Below are positions 40,110-55,916 of a DNA stretch of 64,000 nucleotides, piece by piece; the stretch's first letter is position 1, and the number at the start of each line of letters is the position of its first letter. A program made the translations under genes and the position numbers. The DNA is from Octopus vulgaris (lineage: Eukaryota), in assembly GCA_951406725.2 (NCBI GenBank), contig OX597815.1:162812001-162876000 (forward strand), read 5' to 3'. The notes beneath the pieces were generated by a model. That model saw only the letters and a program-made list of their open reading frames with translations. It ran no database searches and was not told where the DNA came from.

Positions 40110-41560
40110 ACACACACATATAATGATGAAGGAAATTGTTGTATACAGTGCTCAGGTGCACTACAACTAAAAAGAAAAAAAATGGCCATCAGGTGTACTG
40201 TTAGCGGATTTCAGGACACATGGAAGTTTTGAAGGCTGTAGTGTCTCAACAGCTAACAACTGATGCAGGTGGTTTATTCCATACTTCTGCAATTCTGAGC
40301 ATGAAAAATTATTTCCGAAAGTCATGGGTGCTGTGTTGTGTTTTGATTTTATAAGCATGTCCGTGAGTGTTTGTCATACGGAATTCAAAAAGGTACCCAA
40401 GGTTGTTGTTGGAAATATGGTGGATAATCTTGTGGGTGTCAATCAAGTCAGTTGCCAGACATCTGAACTTTAATGTATCCATGCCCAGGAATGCAAGACG
40501 TTCAGAGTATGGCAGATGTCTGACGGCAGGTATTCACTTTGTTGCACATTTCTGAACAGTTCCCAGGAGATTTATATGCTGAGCAAGAGAGGGGTTCCAG
40601 ACTGGTGATGCAAATTCCAAGTGTGGACATACCATTGTCATATACAATTTTAAATAGATAGATGGAGAGTGGCTGACAAAGGTTTTACTGAGTGATGCTA
40701 GCACCCCTTCAGCCGTTTTGACAGTCTTAACTATGTGGTTTGTCCAATGCAGATTGTTGTTTACAATAATACCCAGATCATGTCCACTAGACGACTTCTT
40801 GAGATTGGTGTTGCTGAGGGAGTATGTAAAGGCTGGACTTTTCCTCCCAAAATGCATGGTGACATACTTGTCTACAGCTAGCTTGAGTTGCCAGTCAGAG
40901 GTCCACTACTGAATCGTATTCAGGTCTGATTGCAGAATAGGATCTGTTCTTTTTATTTCAAGGTACAGCTTAGTGTCATCTGCATATTTCAGCACTGAAA
41001 CATTCCTCAAATTGGCATCTATATCTTTAATATATGCAACCAACAGTAACAGTCCAAGAACAGATCCCTGTGGTACACCAGAAGTAATCTCATAGGGTGA
41101 AGAACGATGTCCTAGAACTGTAACTACATCTTTCTGGTCAAGAATGAAGGACTTCAGCCAGTTATAGAGAACATCCTTCACATTCACTGCAGAGATTTTT
41201 CCATGAGTCATTTGTGTGGTACAGAGTTGAAGGCTTTAGCAAAATCAGGGTAGACAGTATCCACCCATGAGCCGCCATCAATAACTCAGGTGATGTCCTC
41301 AAGAAACTCGACTACAGCAGCTGGAGTTGGGGATAAAACCAAATTGTGAGGGCTAAATAAGGCTGTGAGAGGACTAAAACTTCCAGAGTGTTTCCCTGAC
41401 ACAGGACTCCATCAGTTTGGCAATGCTGCTAGTAAGGCTGACTAGACAGTAGTTAACAGGTGATATGCGATCACCTGTTTTGAACAGGGGAATAACACTG
41501 GCAATTTTCCAGTGCTCTGAAGTAACAGTTGTTAAGGCAGAATTGACAAAAGGAAGAAAG
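40110..41560 (-). pseudogene. CR1-clade LINE RT fragment with 3' UTR
   Basis: WKIASVIPLFKTG, NYCLVSLTS, SGVPQGSVLG, LKYADDTKLY, MHFGRK, PHLEFASPVWNP. Confidence 0.9.
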
Positions 41561-41585
41561 CTGGTGCAATAGAAAGAACCCACTA

Positions 41586-42150
41586 CATCCTCGGAACCTT
41601 CCAAGAAGTCTCTCATCCTCAGAACTTTCCAGGAAATCCTCAGAATTTTCTAGGAAGTCTCATCCTCGGAAGTTTCCATGATTTCCTCGGAACTTTCCAG
41701 GAAGTATTTCATCCTCGGAAATTTCCAGGAAACCCCCGGAATTTTCCAGGATGTCCATCCTCAGAACTTTCCGGTGGGTCTCTCATCCTCGGAACTTTCC
41801 AGGAAATCATCGGAATTTTCCAGGAAAACTCATTCTCGGAAATTTTAAGAAAGTCTCTCATCATCGGAACTTTCCAGGTAGGCCACGGAATTTTCTAGGA
41901 AGTCTCATCCTTGGAACTTTCTAGGAAATCTTTCATCATCGGAACTTTCCCGGAAAATCGTCGGAATTTTCCAGGAAGTCTCATCCACGGAAATTTCCAG
42001 GAAGTCATTGGAATTTTCCAGGAAGACTCATCCTCAGAACATTCCATGAAATCATCGGAACTTTCCATGAAACCCCCAGAATTTTTCAGGAAGTCTCATC
42101 CATGGAACTTTCCATGAAATCCTCGGAACTTTCTAGGAAGTCTCATCCCC
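41586..42150. repeat. Minisatellite of ~19-26-bp units (catcctcggaactttccaggaa[gtct/at])
   Basis: About 25 imperfect tandem copies. Confidence 0.9.
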
Positions 42151-42425
42151 TTGAACTAAGTGAAATGAAGTGTTTTGCTCAAGGACCACAATGTACTGCC
42201 TGGTCTGGGAATTGAAATGATCTTAGGATCATGAATGCGACACCCTAACCCCTAGGCTACACACAACTCTCCAGCTCTTTCTGGAACTTATTTACAACTG
42301 AGTGTAGTTGAACTAAGTTAAATAAAGTGTTTTGCTCAAGGACCACAATGTACTGCCTGGCCTGGGAATTGAAATGATGAGCTTAGGATCCTGAATGTAA
42401 CACTCTAACCACTAGGCTACACACT
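42151..42425 (-). repeat. Tandem pair of SINE fragments (~155-bp period)
   Basis: ttgaactaag...gctcaaggaccacaatgtactgcctgg occurs at 42151 and 42308. Confidence 0.75.
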
Positions 42426-42736
42426 AGGCTACACACTAAGCAAGAAAGACACTTCCTTAAAATGCTATTGAGTGAGGATTAATGCAAAGACTAGGACATC
42501 AGTGGTGAAAATACAATGGATTGACTTGAAGTGGGAACCAAAACCTCTGTTTGCTGACTTGGTTCACTGGGAAATAGTTCTGATTTTTGCAGCGTCTGTC
42601 ACCATTTATATTTGATATATTAAGCTTTAATATTTAATATGTTCACGCTGTGTAATATCTTTTGTCTACTGTTATTCACTACTGTGTTCTTTTATAATAA
42701 CGTTATATCTATTGCATCAGTGTATGATACTCTAGT

Positions 42737-42796
<60 letters not shown>

Positions 42797-42944
42797 CAGA
42801 CTATCCACCCAAAAACCGAAAGAAAACAAAACATACAAGAAGATAAAGAAAAATGCAAAAAACTACAATGAAAAAAATGCCTTGTTATTTCCCTTATGTT
42901 TGTGTTATATTTGTCACCAAACATGTATTATTTCTGCATTCCAT

Positions 42945-43325
42945 ACATATATGTATTTGTGTGTGTGTGCATATATATATGTATATATATATATATGTAA
43001 ATATATGTATATATATATATATGTATATATATATATGTATATATATATATAGATATATATACATATATATATGTAAATATATATATATGTGTATATATAT
43101 ATAATGTATATATATGTATACATATATATATGTGTGTATGTGTACACATACATATATATACATATATGTATATACTTAATAAGATATATATATAGTCACA
43201 GTTGTGTATATGTATGTATATATGTGTGTGTATATATACATATACATACTTGTACATATATATATATACATACTTGTATATATGTATATATATATATACA
43301 TACATGTATAATAAATGTATGTTTA

Positions 43326-43356
<31 letters not shown>

Positions 43357-43452
43357 GTTTATATATATGTATGTATATATATATTTACATACTTATGTAC
43401 ATATATATATGTGTGTATATATGTGTGTTTTTGTGTGTGTGTGTGTGTGTGA
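42945..43452. repeat. Compound (TA)n/(TG)n microsatellite
   Basis: Directly visible. Confidence 0.9.
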
Positions 43453-43804
43453 ATGTTGCCTCTGTATTGTTATATTAGAAGTACATTTCATATCTGTTTA
43501 TTTTTATTAATACAATCTATACACATTAATTTTGTTGTTGTTGTTGTTGTTGATGGTCTTTTTCTTTATCCTAGCTATATTATATGTTTAATTCAGTTAC
43601 ATTTACACATATCCTAAGATATCGATTTATTTCCCTTCGTCAGCGTTGATGATATTATAATACATATGTACTGTACAGTCTTACATATGTATGTACAAGT
43701 ATGTAAGTATGTATTTATATATGCACACAGACACAGACACACACACACACACATGTCTTTATAAAAAATTACACACATATATACATATAACTAAATATAT
43801 AACT

Positions 43805-43841
<37 letters not shown>

Positions 43842-44136
43842 CACACACATATATGTATAGACATATGTATATATAGTCATTTGGTTGAGGCTATGCTGGG
43901 TCACTACCTTCAAAGCTTTCCATTCATTGTACCAACCACAGTGCTTATTGCTGTCTGCGACTTATGTTATTGACTTCTGTTAGTTGAGTCACTGTTATGG
44001 GACATAAAGGGACATAACATAAACCTCCTTACGCTTTCTTACACTGGTGTATACATAACCACAAATATGTACTCACATACAGGCACCTTATGTATGTGAA
44101 CAGATGTATATATATATATATGTGTGTGTGTATGTG

Positions 44137-44418
44137 GGAAGGCATGTGGCTTTGTGGTTAAGGCATTTGGCTCACAATTGTAAGGTCGTGAGTTCGATTC
44201 CAGGCGGCACATTGTGCCCTTGAGCAAGACACTTTATTTCACGTTGCTCCAGTCCACTCAGCTAGCAAAAATGAGTTGTACTTGTATTTCAAAGGGCCAG
44301 CCTTGTCACACTTTGTGTCAGACTGAATCTCCCTGAGAACTATGTTAGGGGTATGTGTGTCTGTGGACTGCTCAGTTACTTGCACGTTAATTTCTTGAGC
44401 AGGCTGTTCCGTTGATCA
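44137..44418 (+). mobile_element. tRNA-derived CORE-like SINE (family 5)
   Basis: tggctttgtggttaaggc...gagttcgattcc, then gtgcccttgagcaagacactttatttcac. Confidence 0.75.
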
Positions 44419-44427
44419 TATATATGT

Positions 44428-44720
44428 GGAGGTGCAATGGCCCAGTGGTTGGGGCAGCAGACTCGCAGTCATAGGATCACAGTTTCGATTCCCAGACCGG
44501 GTGTTGTGAGTAGCGAAAACACCTAAAGCTCCATGAGGCTGCAGCAGGGGTGGTGCCGATCCCTACTGTACTCTTTCGCCGCAACTTTCTCTCACTCTTT
44601 CTTCTGTTGGCCTGCTCACTTAGCCAGCAGGGTGGCGTCATTTGAAGGCTAAAACAATGCAAATCGCATTGTGACCAGCGACGTGTAGCAACATCTTATA
44701 CCCTAGTTGGTCACGTGATC
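44428..44720 (+). mobile_element. tRNA-derived SINE family 2
   Basis: Reverse complement of 4752-5064. Confidence 0.85.
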
Positions 44721-44727
44721 CCATGAT

Positions 44728-44764
<37 letters not shown>

Positions 44765-44770
44765 GTATAT

Positions 44771-45150
44771 ACTCTTTACTCTTTTACTTGTTTCAGTCAT
44801 TTGACTGCAGCCATGCTGGAGCACCACCTTTAGTCGAGCAAATTGACTCCAGGACTTATTCTTTTTAAGCCTAGTACTTATTCTATCAGTCACTTTTGCT
44901 GAATCGCTAATTGACAGGGACATAAACACACCAGCATCGGTTGTCAAGCAATGCTAGGGTGACAAACACAGACACACAAATACACACACATATATACATA
45001 TATACGACGGGTTTCTTTCAGTTTCTGTCTACCAAATCCACTCACAAGGCTTTGGTAGGCCTGAGGCTATAGTAGAAGACACTTGCTCAAGATGCCACGC
45101 AGTGGGACTGAACCCGGAACCATGTGGCTGGTAAGCAAGCTACTTACCAC
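44771..45150 (-). mobile_element. tRNA-derived SINE family 1
   Basis: Reverse complement of the 23219-23634 type. Confidence 0.85.
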
Positions 45151-45196
45151 AACAAGGCATAAATAATGGTCATTACATATTTCTCTATTGTAGTAA

Positions 45197-45320
45197 AATC
45201 GACGTACAGCCGTTTCCAATAGTCCTTATAGGTTCATTATTGATTGGTTTACTCAATCGCCCCATCAATTGGTTGAGAAAAATGATCCAGAGAACTAATG
45301 CTACCCTTGTCAGAGTGATT
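45197..45320 (-). ncRNA. Degenerate hammerhead with long stem II
   Basis: Minus strand: aaucacu CUGACAA ggguag...cuauug GAAA cggcug UA cgucgauu. G8->A is consistent with CpG decay. Confidence 0.5.
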
Positions 45321-45366
45321 TTGTTCAGTGATATACATCTCTCTTTCTATCTATCTTATCTATCTA

Positions 45367-45402
<36 letters not shown>

Positions 45403-45582
45403 CCTATCAATCTATCTATCCATCCATCCATCCCCCTCTCTCTCTATCTGTCTATCCATCTAGCTGTCTGTCTGTCTGCCTGCCTGTCTGTCCATCCATT
45501 CATCCATCATGTATCTATCTATCTATCTATCTATCTACCTATCTGTCTATAAATATATATAAATATAATTACAAATATACAT

Positions 45583-45965
45583 AGGTGCAGGCATGGCTGT
45601 GTGGTAAGGAAATTGCTTCCCAATGGCATTGAGTCCCACAGCATGGTATCTTGGGCAAGTGTCTTCTAATATTGCCTCCAGCCCAGCCATTCCTTGTAAG
45701 TAGATTTGGTAGATGGAATCTGAGAGAAGCCCATGATATATATATGTGTGTGTGTGTCTTTATGTCTGCTTGTCCCCGCATCACAACTTGACAACTGGTT
45801 TTGGTGTGTTTATACTCCCATAACTTAATGGTTTGGCAAAAGAGGCCGATGGAATAAGTACTAGGCTTGCAAACAATAAGTTCTGGGGTCAATTTCTTCA
45901 ACTAAAACCTTTGAAGTTGTTCCTCCAGCATGGTTGAAGTCAAAGGACCGAAACATGTAAAAGAA
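45583..45965 (+). mobile_element. SINE family 1, older copy
   Basis: Similar to 23219-23634. Confidence 0.75.
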
Positions 45966-45970
45966 AATAA

Positions 45971-46033
<63 letters not shown>

Positions 46034-46374
46034 TAAACCATGACCCTGAGGTAACTTTATTTATAAGGGAACTGTTATTATGTATGTATATCAAAAAATA
46101 TCTATATAAGTTGAAACAATTTGTTGGCCTTTTATGGTTTTAATAATTGTTCATGTTATATAATATTATGATATATTCACAGTATATCATGTAATACTAT
46201 AATATAAATAAATTATTGGATTGTCAATAGTATCTCTCTGTTTAATTTATCTTTATAATTGCATTATACAAATATTTATATGGCATTCAACTGATGTACC
46301 AGTGAATTGGATGTTTAATACACCCCTTTGAAAGATTTCTTTTCCTCAGTTTGTTACTTTATATATATATATAT

Positions 46375-46632
46375 CAGATTCCATCACATGCCAGTGTGAG
46401 AAACTAGAAGTAGTTAATAGCTTCTGCTACCTAGGCGATCAAGTCTGTAGTGGGGGTGGTTGCTCTGAGAGTGTAGCAACTAGACTAAGAATAGCCTGGG
46501 CAAAGTTCAGGGAGCTCCTACCTCTGCTGGCAACTAAGGGCCTCTCACTCAGGGTGAAAGGTAGACTGTATGATGCATGTGTGCGAATTGCCATCCTACA
46601 CAGCAGTGAAACATGGGCCATGAATGCTGAGG
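46375..46632 (+). mobile_element. RTE-clade LINE fragment
   Basis: EKLEVVNSFCYLGD...RIAWAKFRELLPLL...KGRLYDACVR...SETWA. Confidence 0.85.
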
Positions 46633-46670
46633 ACAGGGGAGGTCAGCCACTTCCCCTTGCTGGTTTGGCA

Positions 46671-46713
46671 TCTACAGACCAGTTTCAGGGTATTTGACCC
46701 TTATCAATGTAGA
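46671..46713 (-). ncRNA. Type I hammerhead, U3-A8 core variant
   Basis: ucuaca UUGAUAA gggu caaaua cccu GAAA cugg UC uguaga. Confidence 0.7.
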
Positions 46714-47040
46714 GTAGCTGACCCAGGCAGGTGTCTCTACTAACGGTTGTTTGAAGGGGAAGTGACTGACTTCCTCTGTTTGAAGGTTATAATGGACACA
46801 GGTGCATGTGTCACATAGCTAGCTAGAGGCGATGGCCTCTTGGATCTAATCAATGGCAGCATTCGTCCTATTTTTCTGGACTGCCATTTTAGCTTGGCGA
46901 TAACTATCAATATCCAGTACCGCTGCCATAGTCTCCTTTAGAGAGACTTAGAAATATTAATATTTCTACTTTAGAAAACCAGTGGATGTATTCCACTTCC
47001 GAACAGACAGTCAGTAGTGACACCTGCCTGGTTCGGCTAG

Positions 47041-47083
47041 TCTACATTGATAAGGGGCAAATATCCTGAAACTAGTCTGTAGA
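47041..47083 (+). ncRNA. Type I hammerhead, U3-A8 core variant
   Basis: ucuaca UUGAUAA gggg caaaua uccu GAAA cuag UC uguaga. Stem I is extended by cuggu..ggc / gcc..accag. Confidence 0.75.
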
Positions 47084-47573
47084 TGCCAGACCAGCAAGGG
47101 GAAGCTGCTGACCTCCCCTGTTCGAAGGTTATAATGGACACAGGTTTGTGTGTCACATAGCTAGCTAGAGTCGATGGCCTCTTGGAGCTAATCAACGGCA
47201 GCATTCGTCCTATTTTTCTGGACTGCCATGTTAGCTTGGTGATAACTATTAATATCCAGTACCGCTGCTGTATTCTCCTTTAGAGAGACTTAGAAATATT
47301 AATATTTATATATATATATAAAAATTTATTGGCAGTATTTAGGCAGTTGTTTTCCATTGCTTTATAAATGCGTGTTCTTTTAACATAATTGCATTTCATC
47401 TTTTAGCTCCATTTTATGTTTTCCATTATTGATGGATGTTCAAGCTTCATTCAAGCTGCTTGTCTTCTCACCATTCTTCTCACATGCATGCCATACGTAC
47501 ACTTATGCATATACACTATACGAATATGAAACAATATTATCAAACCAATGTAAAATACACTATCTTAAAATAG

Positions 47574-47885
47574 CTTCTTCTTCTTCTTCTTCTTCTTCTT
47601 CTTCTTCATCTTCTTCTTCTTCTTTTTCTTCTTCTTCTTCTTCTTCTTCTTCTTCTTCTTCTCCTCCTCCTCCTCCTTCTTCTTCTTTTTTTCTCTTCCT
47701 CCTCCTCCTCCTCTTCTTCTTCTTCTTTTTCTTCTTCTTCTTGATTCCTCGGGGAACATAGAGCCACAACGTTTTTCCAACGGACACAATTCTGGGGGAT
47801 CCTTTTCAGCTTGGCCTACATCGTTCTGGCTGCCCTCACCTCTGCATTGACACTCCCGTACCAAGTCTGTTTTGGTCTTGTTCAC
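47574..47885 (-). mobile_element. RTE-like LINE 3' end with expanded (GAA)n tail
   Basis: Minus strand RPKQTWYGSV...RWKNVVALCSPR followed by (gaa)n. Confidence 0.7.
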
Positions 47886-48204
47886 TAATATATATTTATA
47901 AATATGTGTGTGCATGCATGCATGCATGCGTGTGTGTGTGTGTGTGTATCTTACTTCTCTTAGTTATCAGAATGTGGCCAAATAAATCAACCCCAGTATT
48001 AGTTTTAAAGCCTGAAACTTATTCTGTGAATTTCTTTTACTGAATTACTAAGCAACTGCCCATACTCTGTGCAGTAGTAACATATGTAGGTCATAATAAC
48101 CATTAAAATATTCTGTATTGAATTGTGAAATAAAAGGAAATATATTTTGAGGATGTATAACTCTCCATATTCTGTATCATTATAATTTTTGCTATATGAA
48201 AAAA

Positions 48205-48535
48205 GTAGGGACACCCTTCATTCATGAATGAGCATCAGATTGCACCTAGAAAGTTCCCCTCCAAAGCACAAGTCTGGGCAAGGTTGTTGATGGAAGACCA
48301 GCAGTCACCCATGCATACCAGCTCCTTCCTTCCATGCCACTGATATTATCCAAGGGAATGGCAAATGTTGATACAGCATGGCACCTGGATGCCGCAGCTC
48401 ATTTCTACAGTTGAGTGAACTGGAGCAACATGAAATAAAGTGTCTTGCTGAAGACCCCAACATACAACCTGATCCGGGAGTTGAACTATCTTCTGATTGT
48501 GCGCCTAACTCTCTAACCACTGAGCTATGCACCTT
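48205..48535 (-). mobile_element. tRNA-derived SINE
   Basis: Minus-strand head gcatagctcagtggttagag...agttcaactccc. Confidence 0.7.
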
Positions 48536-48839
48536 CATATATATATTGCTATGTGTGTGTGTATGTATATACATATATATATAGCATATATATGTATGTG
48601 TGTGTTTATATATGCATTACATTTAATTATGCATCGTCAGTTTATTACACAGTTCTTCAGAGACTTTATGTGGAAGTATTAGTGCATTTTTGGTATGACT
48701 AACACTTTACTTGCATACATAACAACACATACAACTGCTACCTACAGTTGTGCATAAAAATTTATGTAATTACAAATTTCTGTCTTCATTTTCCCTTTAC
48801 ATATGTACCTGAATATGTAAATAGACACTATTTAACTGG

Positions 48840-51260
<2,421 letters not shown>

Positions 51261-52837
51261 ACACACACATAAATACACACAAAGTTATACATATATACAG
51301 TGAAAAGTAGTAATGATTGGGGAGATAGCAAAAACTTTTACATTTTGTCACTTTTGGCATCTGTTAAAGAATTTGATGCCTGGTGTTAGATTTAGAAGAA
51401 AAAAAATTTCATCAATTCTAGAAATGTTGAGTTTATCATTGTCAGTTTAAAACATTGATTTTCTTTTTGTTTTGTCTTCTCTTCGATGTTCACAGAGACA
51501 TTCTTTATTAATTGTATTCTCTGGGTTAGAGAGAAATTGTAAGTGTATATTAAAATATTTTCCATTCTTTGTTTCAAACTGACGGCACAAATCTGTAATG
51601 TTGAAGACAATTCTTACATTTGTGCTAGAATAGAGAGAAAAGAAAGAGAAAAGATATTAAACAGAATGTTGAAACAGGAGGTGAAATAAAATTATTCTCC
51701 TGAACCGTGAAGATAAATTTAGTGTGTTTTTAGAGTTTGTTTTATATATATTTATTTATTGTACATTATTTCAACAATCCAATAGATTTGTAATCTTTTT
51801 CAACAGTAGGGTAACTATTTGATTTTGTTTTCTTTCCTGCTATTCTAGGTGAGATTTGTCTTCTGAATAATCTTTAGCAAAATCTCCCCATTGTTTATTA
51901 ACTTTTCATATACCAAGACCTTCTTAATTTTTTTTTTTTTTTTTGGCCACAGGTAAAAATAATGCAGGAAGGAATTTTGCATTATGTTTTGATTTTCATC
52001 TGTTATATCTGTACATTAGTGAAAGCAGTACATTTAAGGTGTATTTAAGATAAACAAACCTGAAGGGAAATAACAGCCGAATTTTATATTTTTAATTTGG
52101 ATGTTAAATGAAGCTCATGAACTTTTCTAACGCCCTGCTAGGTGTAGTATAAATTTTCTACTACCTTACTGACAAAATTTGTGCTGGAGGTAGTTTTAAT
52201 GAAGTATTGTTACTAGAGTAATAAAAATATAAAGTTGGTCAGCAGAAGTTCAGGGAACTCTTTACTCTGCTTGGCAATAAAAAAGTTTTCTCTCTATGTG
52301 AAAAGTCAGCTACATGCTGTGTATTTAAAGGCAGCATGGAACAGGGAAAATCTGAAAGTATGGCAAAAATTTAGTTGGATATGATTTGTTGTATGTCTTG
52401 ACAGGAAATCTAATTGTAAAAAAGGACATTTACCATTGTACAAGTCGCGTTGTTTGTCTACAGACTTCAGTGAAAGTATGTTTGGTAATTGAACCATTTG
52501 TTTTCAAAAGATTGGTGAGAGAGATATTTTGCTTGGAAGCAGGTAAGGGTTGGTGACTAGAAGATCATTCACCTGTAGAAAATCTGACCCAGCAAACTGT
52601 TTCTGGCTTATTCTCATGCAAGCATAGAAAGGTGGATGTTAAAACGATGATGATGATAGTGATGATGGTAGCATTAATGGTGATGGTGTTGGTAGTGGAA
52701 CTCAACTGAGCTGAATGAATGGCTGAGTTGTTGTTATTTATCTCCATTTTAGCTCTTGTGGAGCAGAATTATGGTCAAAGTCAATCCAACATTAATTATT
52801 ATCCCTTCTTTTATTCAGACTACGTATGATTTACATT

Positions 52838-53212
52838 TTTATCTTCACCTTAGTGAAGGTGGAGGTATTATTTTCAGTCATATTTGTCTGTTTTGTTTGT
52901 TTGCCTGTGGACAAGATATCTCAAGAACCGCTGGATGGATTTGGATGAAACTTTCAGGGATGTTTGGCCTTATGACTGGCATGAACTGATCAGATTTTGG
53001 GATCGATCCAGTACTGGACAAGGATTCTGGCTTATTTTTCCTGTATTTTTACTTAATTTTTGAGAGTGGTTGGGTTCATCTTTAGTATTCTCGTTTGTGA
53101 GAGCAGTCGAGTTTATTTCAGACATTCTCATTTCAGCTATCATCTCCGGGTAATCGTCAAGAGAATGTTGGTGTTGCCTTGGCAGACGTTTGTACTCTCT
53201 GAGTGCTCTTGT
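52838..53212 (+). mobile_element. Helentron-associated / DINE-1-like non-autonomous element
   Basis: T-rich insertion site, 5' cttcacctt..aaggtggagg hairpin, GTTT microsatellite, 3' ccttggcagacg sub-TIR-like motif and gtactctctgagtgc stem-loop. Confidence 0.6.
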
Positions 53213-53534
53213 GATCTAATGAGTCCTCTTTTTCAAGTCTGATGGAAATTTTATCTGCTTTTTCTGAAATGCAAAGTTAAGACCACACCTAAATTTAAAC
53301 TCAGAACATAAAAAGCCATCACTAAATTTACGAGAAAACATTTTTTTCTAGCTGTTTAATCCGCTACTCTAGAAATATTCTTTCAGCTAATTGTATGAGA
53401 CCTGAAGTTTTGGTGGAGGGTATTAGTTGAGTATATCAACCCCAGTACTCGACTGGTACTCATTTTATCAATCCAAGGAAGATGCAAAGCAAAGTTGACT
53501 TTGGCAGAATTTGAACTCAGGATGTAATGTCAGA

Positions 53535-54022
53535 TGAAGTTGTCCCAATCAACATAAATATATCTGTCAAGACCTACCAAAAACTGAGCAAGTATAAATA
53601 TCTTGAAATAGAAATTGGCAAAATGTGCAACCTCAGAACTAAAACAATACCTGTTGTCATAGGTGCCCTAGGAATGATAGCAAAAGGGGTTGATTCCTAC
53701 CTAGCTCAGATACCAGGAAACTCCAAAATGGCAGAAATTCAAAAGATAGTGCTCATGGGAACTGCCCATATCCTATGTAAAATACTGTCTATGTAATCTT
53801 GAATTTTAAAACAAAATTATAATTCTCTTATGTTTTCTTAAACATTTTCTAGAACAATACTATGTGCAAAACCAAATATATGACATCCTAGGCATAATAC
53901 CAACTTGAACATGTTATCTCTTGAGGTCTCTGAATAAGACCTGGAGTCAACTTGTACAAATACAAACCAAAAGTCAAACCTATAATAATAATGATAATAA
54001 TGATAATAATACTAATGATAAT
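53535..54022 (+). mobile_element. R4/Dong-like LINE extreme 3' end with 3' UTR and (TAA)n tail
   Basis: KLSKYKYLEIEI...TIPVVIGALG...IQKIVLMGTAHIL, followed by (taa/tga)n. Confidence 0.8.
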
Positions 54023-54753
54023 GCAGTACCAGGCACTGGCTCTCATGGTTTCTGATCTTAACTGATTGGATGTGTTATCATGTACATTGTTTTGTCTTGG
54101 TATAAAAGATGGGCTACAGCAAATATTCTGCTCAATACCATAGATTTGCTTGTCACTTGTTTGACCTTAACCAGTTGACCATGTCCCTTGGTGTCTGACA
54201 ATATGTGCATCTCTGATCACAAGCAGAAGTAGTGGGGGAGCATCATAGCCATGTGTTGAGAGGGATTCTTTGGGGTTTGAATAATTCACCTCTGGAAACA
54301 TGGCTGTTTCGTTTGACATCCTTAAACAACATCCTTATTCAAGGACTGTTTGAGTGGGATGGTCTACTCGACCTGAACAAAATTCTAACTGGGCCCCCAC
54401 ATGCAAGTCATGCATTGTTTATCTTGATCTGAAATCACCATGTTGTGCACATATGGTTGTGATGCATGTACGTGGTGTACTCTTATCAGATGGGTAGTCA
54501 TAATGGGTATATTGGGCTTCGTATATTTGTACCCCGGTGCCACTTTGATGGCATGTGCTGCTCTCTCACTTAATAATAATTCTTATGCTTTCTATTGAGG
54601 CACAAACAGAGAGGCGACTAGTTGATTACATCAACCCCAGTGTTTCACTAGTACTTAATTTAATGAGCTTGAAAGGATGAATGGCAAAGTCAACCTTGGT
54701 GGAATTTGAATTCAGAACATAAAGATGGATGAAATGCCGCTAAGCATTTGCCC

Positions 54754-54809
<56 letters not shown>

Positions 54810-54811
54810 TG

Positions 54812-54857
<46 letters not shown>

Positions 54858-54878
54858 TAATAATAATAACAATAATAA
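54754..54878. repeat. (TAA)n microsatellite between SINE family 4 copies (54590-54752 and 54880-55086, both minus)
   Basis: Directly visible. Confidence 0.85.
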
Positions 54879-55635
54879 GGTTTCATAATTTGGCACAGGG
54901 CCAACAGATTTTGAGGGGAATGAAAAGTCAATTACATTGACCCGCAGTATTTGACTGGTAGTTATTTTATCAGCCCCCAAAAGGATGAAAGGCAAAAGTG
55001 GCCTCGGTAGAATTTTGAACTCAGAACACGAAGACAGGTGTAACACCACTAAGCTTCTTATGTCTGGCACAGTAATGATTCTGCCAAAAAACTAAATGTA
55101 TTACCTGTTACACTGATTACCTCTCTCTCTCTCTGTATCTCTCTCTCTATCTCTCCCCCTCTCTCTCCCTCTATCTCTCTCCTTCTCACCCATCTCTCTC
55201 TCTGTTTCTCTGTGCTTTATCTTGGTATTTAGAGCCTACCAACGTTGTTTCATGTGTGTAATAACCCATCATGTAATGTTAACAGCTTTCTGTTGCATCT
55301 TTCTGTTTTATCCAGTTTATTAGGAGTTCACTGAATAAAGGCGGCTGAATATCTTAATATCGATATTGTTGCTTCCGTTAATGATCTTCCTTTCTTCTAA
55401 TTGTTTTTCTTTTTTTTGGGGGGTGTTTTTTATAGATTTTTCTCTTACATGTTTTTTTTTTCTTCTTTTTTTTCTTTTTTTTCCCCTCCCCCAATATTTC
55501 ATTTCTTTCTGTTTCATTTCATCATTCTGCAACATATTCAAATATTTATATATCTCATTTTCTTTTATTACCTTTGTTATTGCTTCTCCTTGCTGCTGGC
55601 ATTGTCATATTACTGCCACCATCGCCGCTACCACC

Positions 55636-55666
<31 letters not shown>

Positions 55667-55916
55667 ACATCATCTTCACTGTTGTCATTTCTATCCCCAT
55701 CATCGTTGTCGTCATTGTCATCACCATCATCATCGTTGTTATCTTCATTGTTACTGTTTTTATTAGTTTATCATTTAGTGACTTCACAGTAGTTTTACTA
55801 GTAACAGATGTAACACTATTGTGGATCTTTTTATGACTACTTACATTTAATTATGGTTTGACACGCATCTATGATATTGTCTCACACACACACACACACA
55901 CATGCATATATATATA

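Larger units (their letters stand above)
46633..47307 (+). mobile_element. Penelope-like pLTR/retrozyme array: one inverted copy plus tandem direct copies (~340-bp unit)
   Basis: 46633-46757 is inverted to 46996-47121; 46756-46965 is repeated directly at 47098-47307. Confidence 0.8.

Noticed and set aside
41586-42150. Possible CRISPR array, or repeat protein ORF 41911-42117
   Set aside because: There are no unique spacers, the context is eukaryotic and the reading frame is not maintained. It is a minisatellite.
43604-43647. Minus-strand CUGACGA...gauaucuuaggaua
   Set aside because: GAAA is mutated and stem II is unpaired, so it is too weak to call.
55366-55836. Hydrophobic or poly-His ORFs (also 47429-47927 and 54690-55070)
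   Set aside because: They derive from (CAT)n, (TTC)n, (TAA)n and poly-T tracts.
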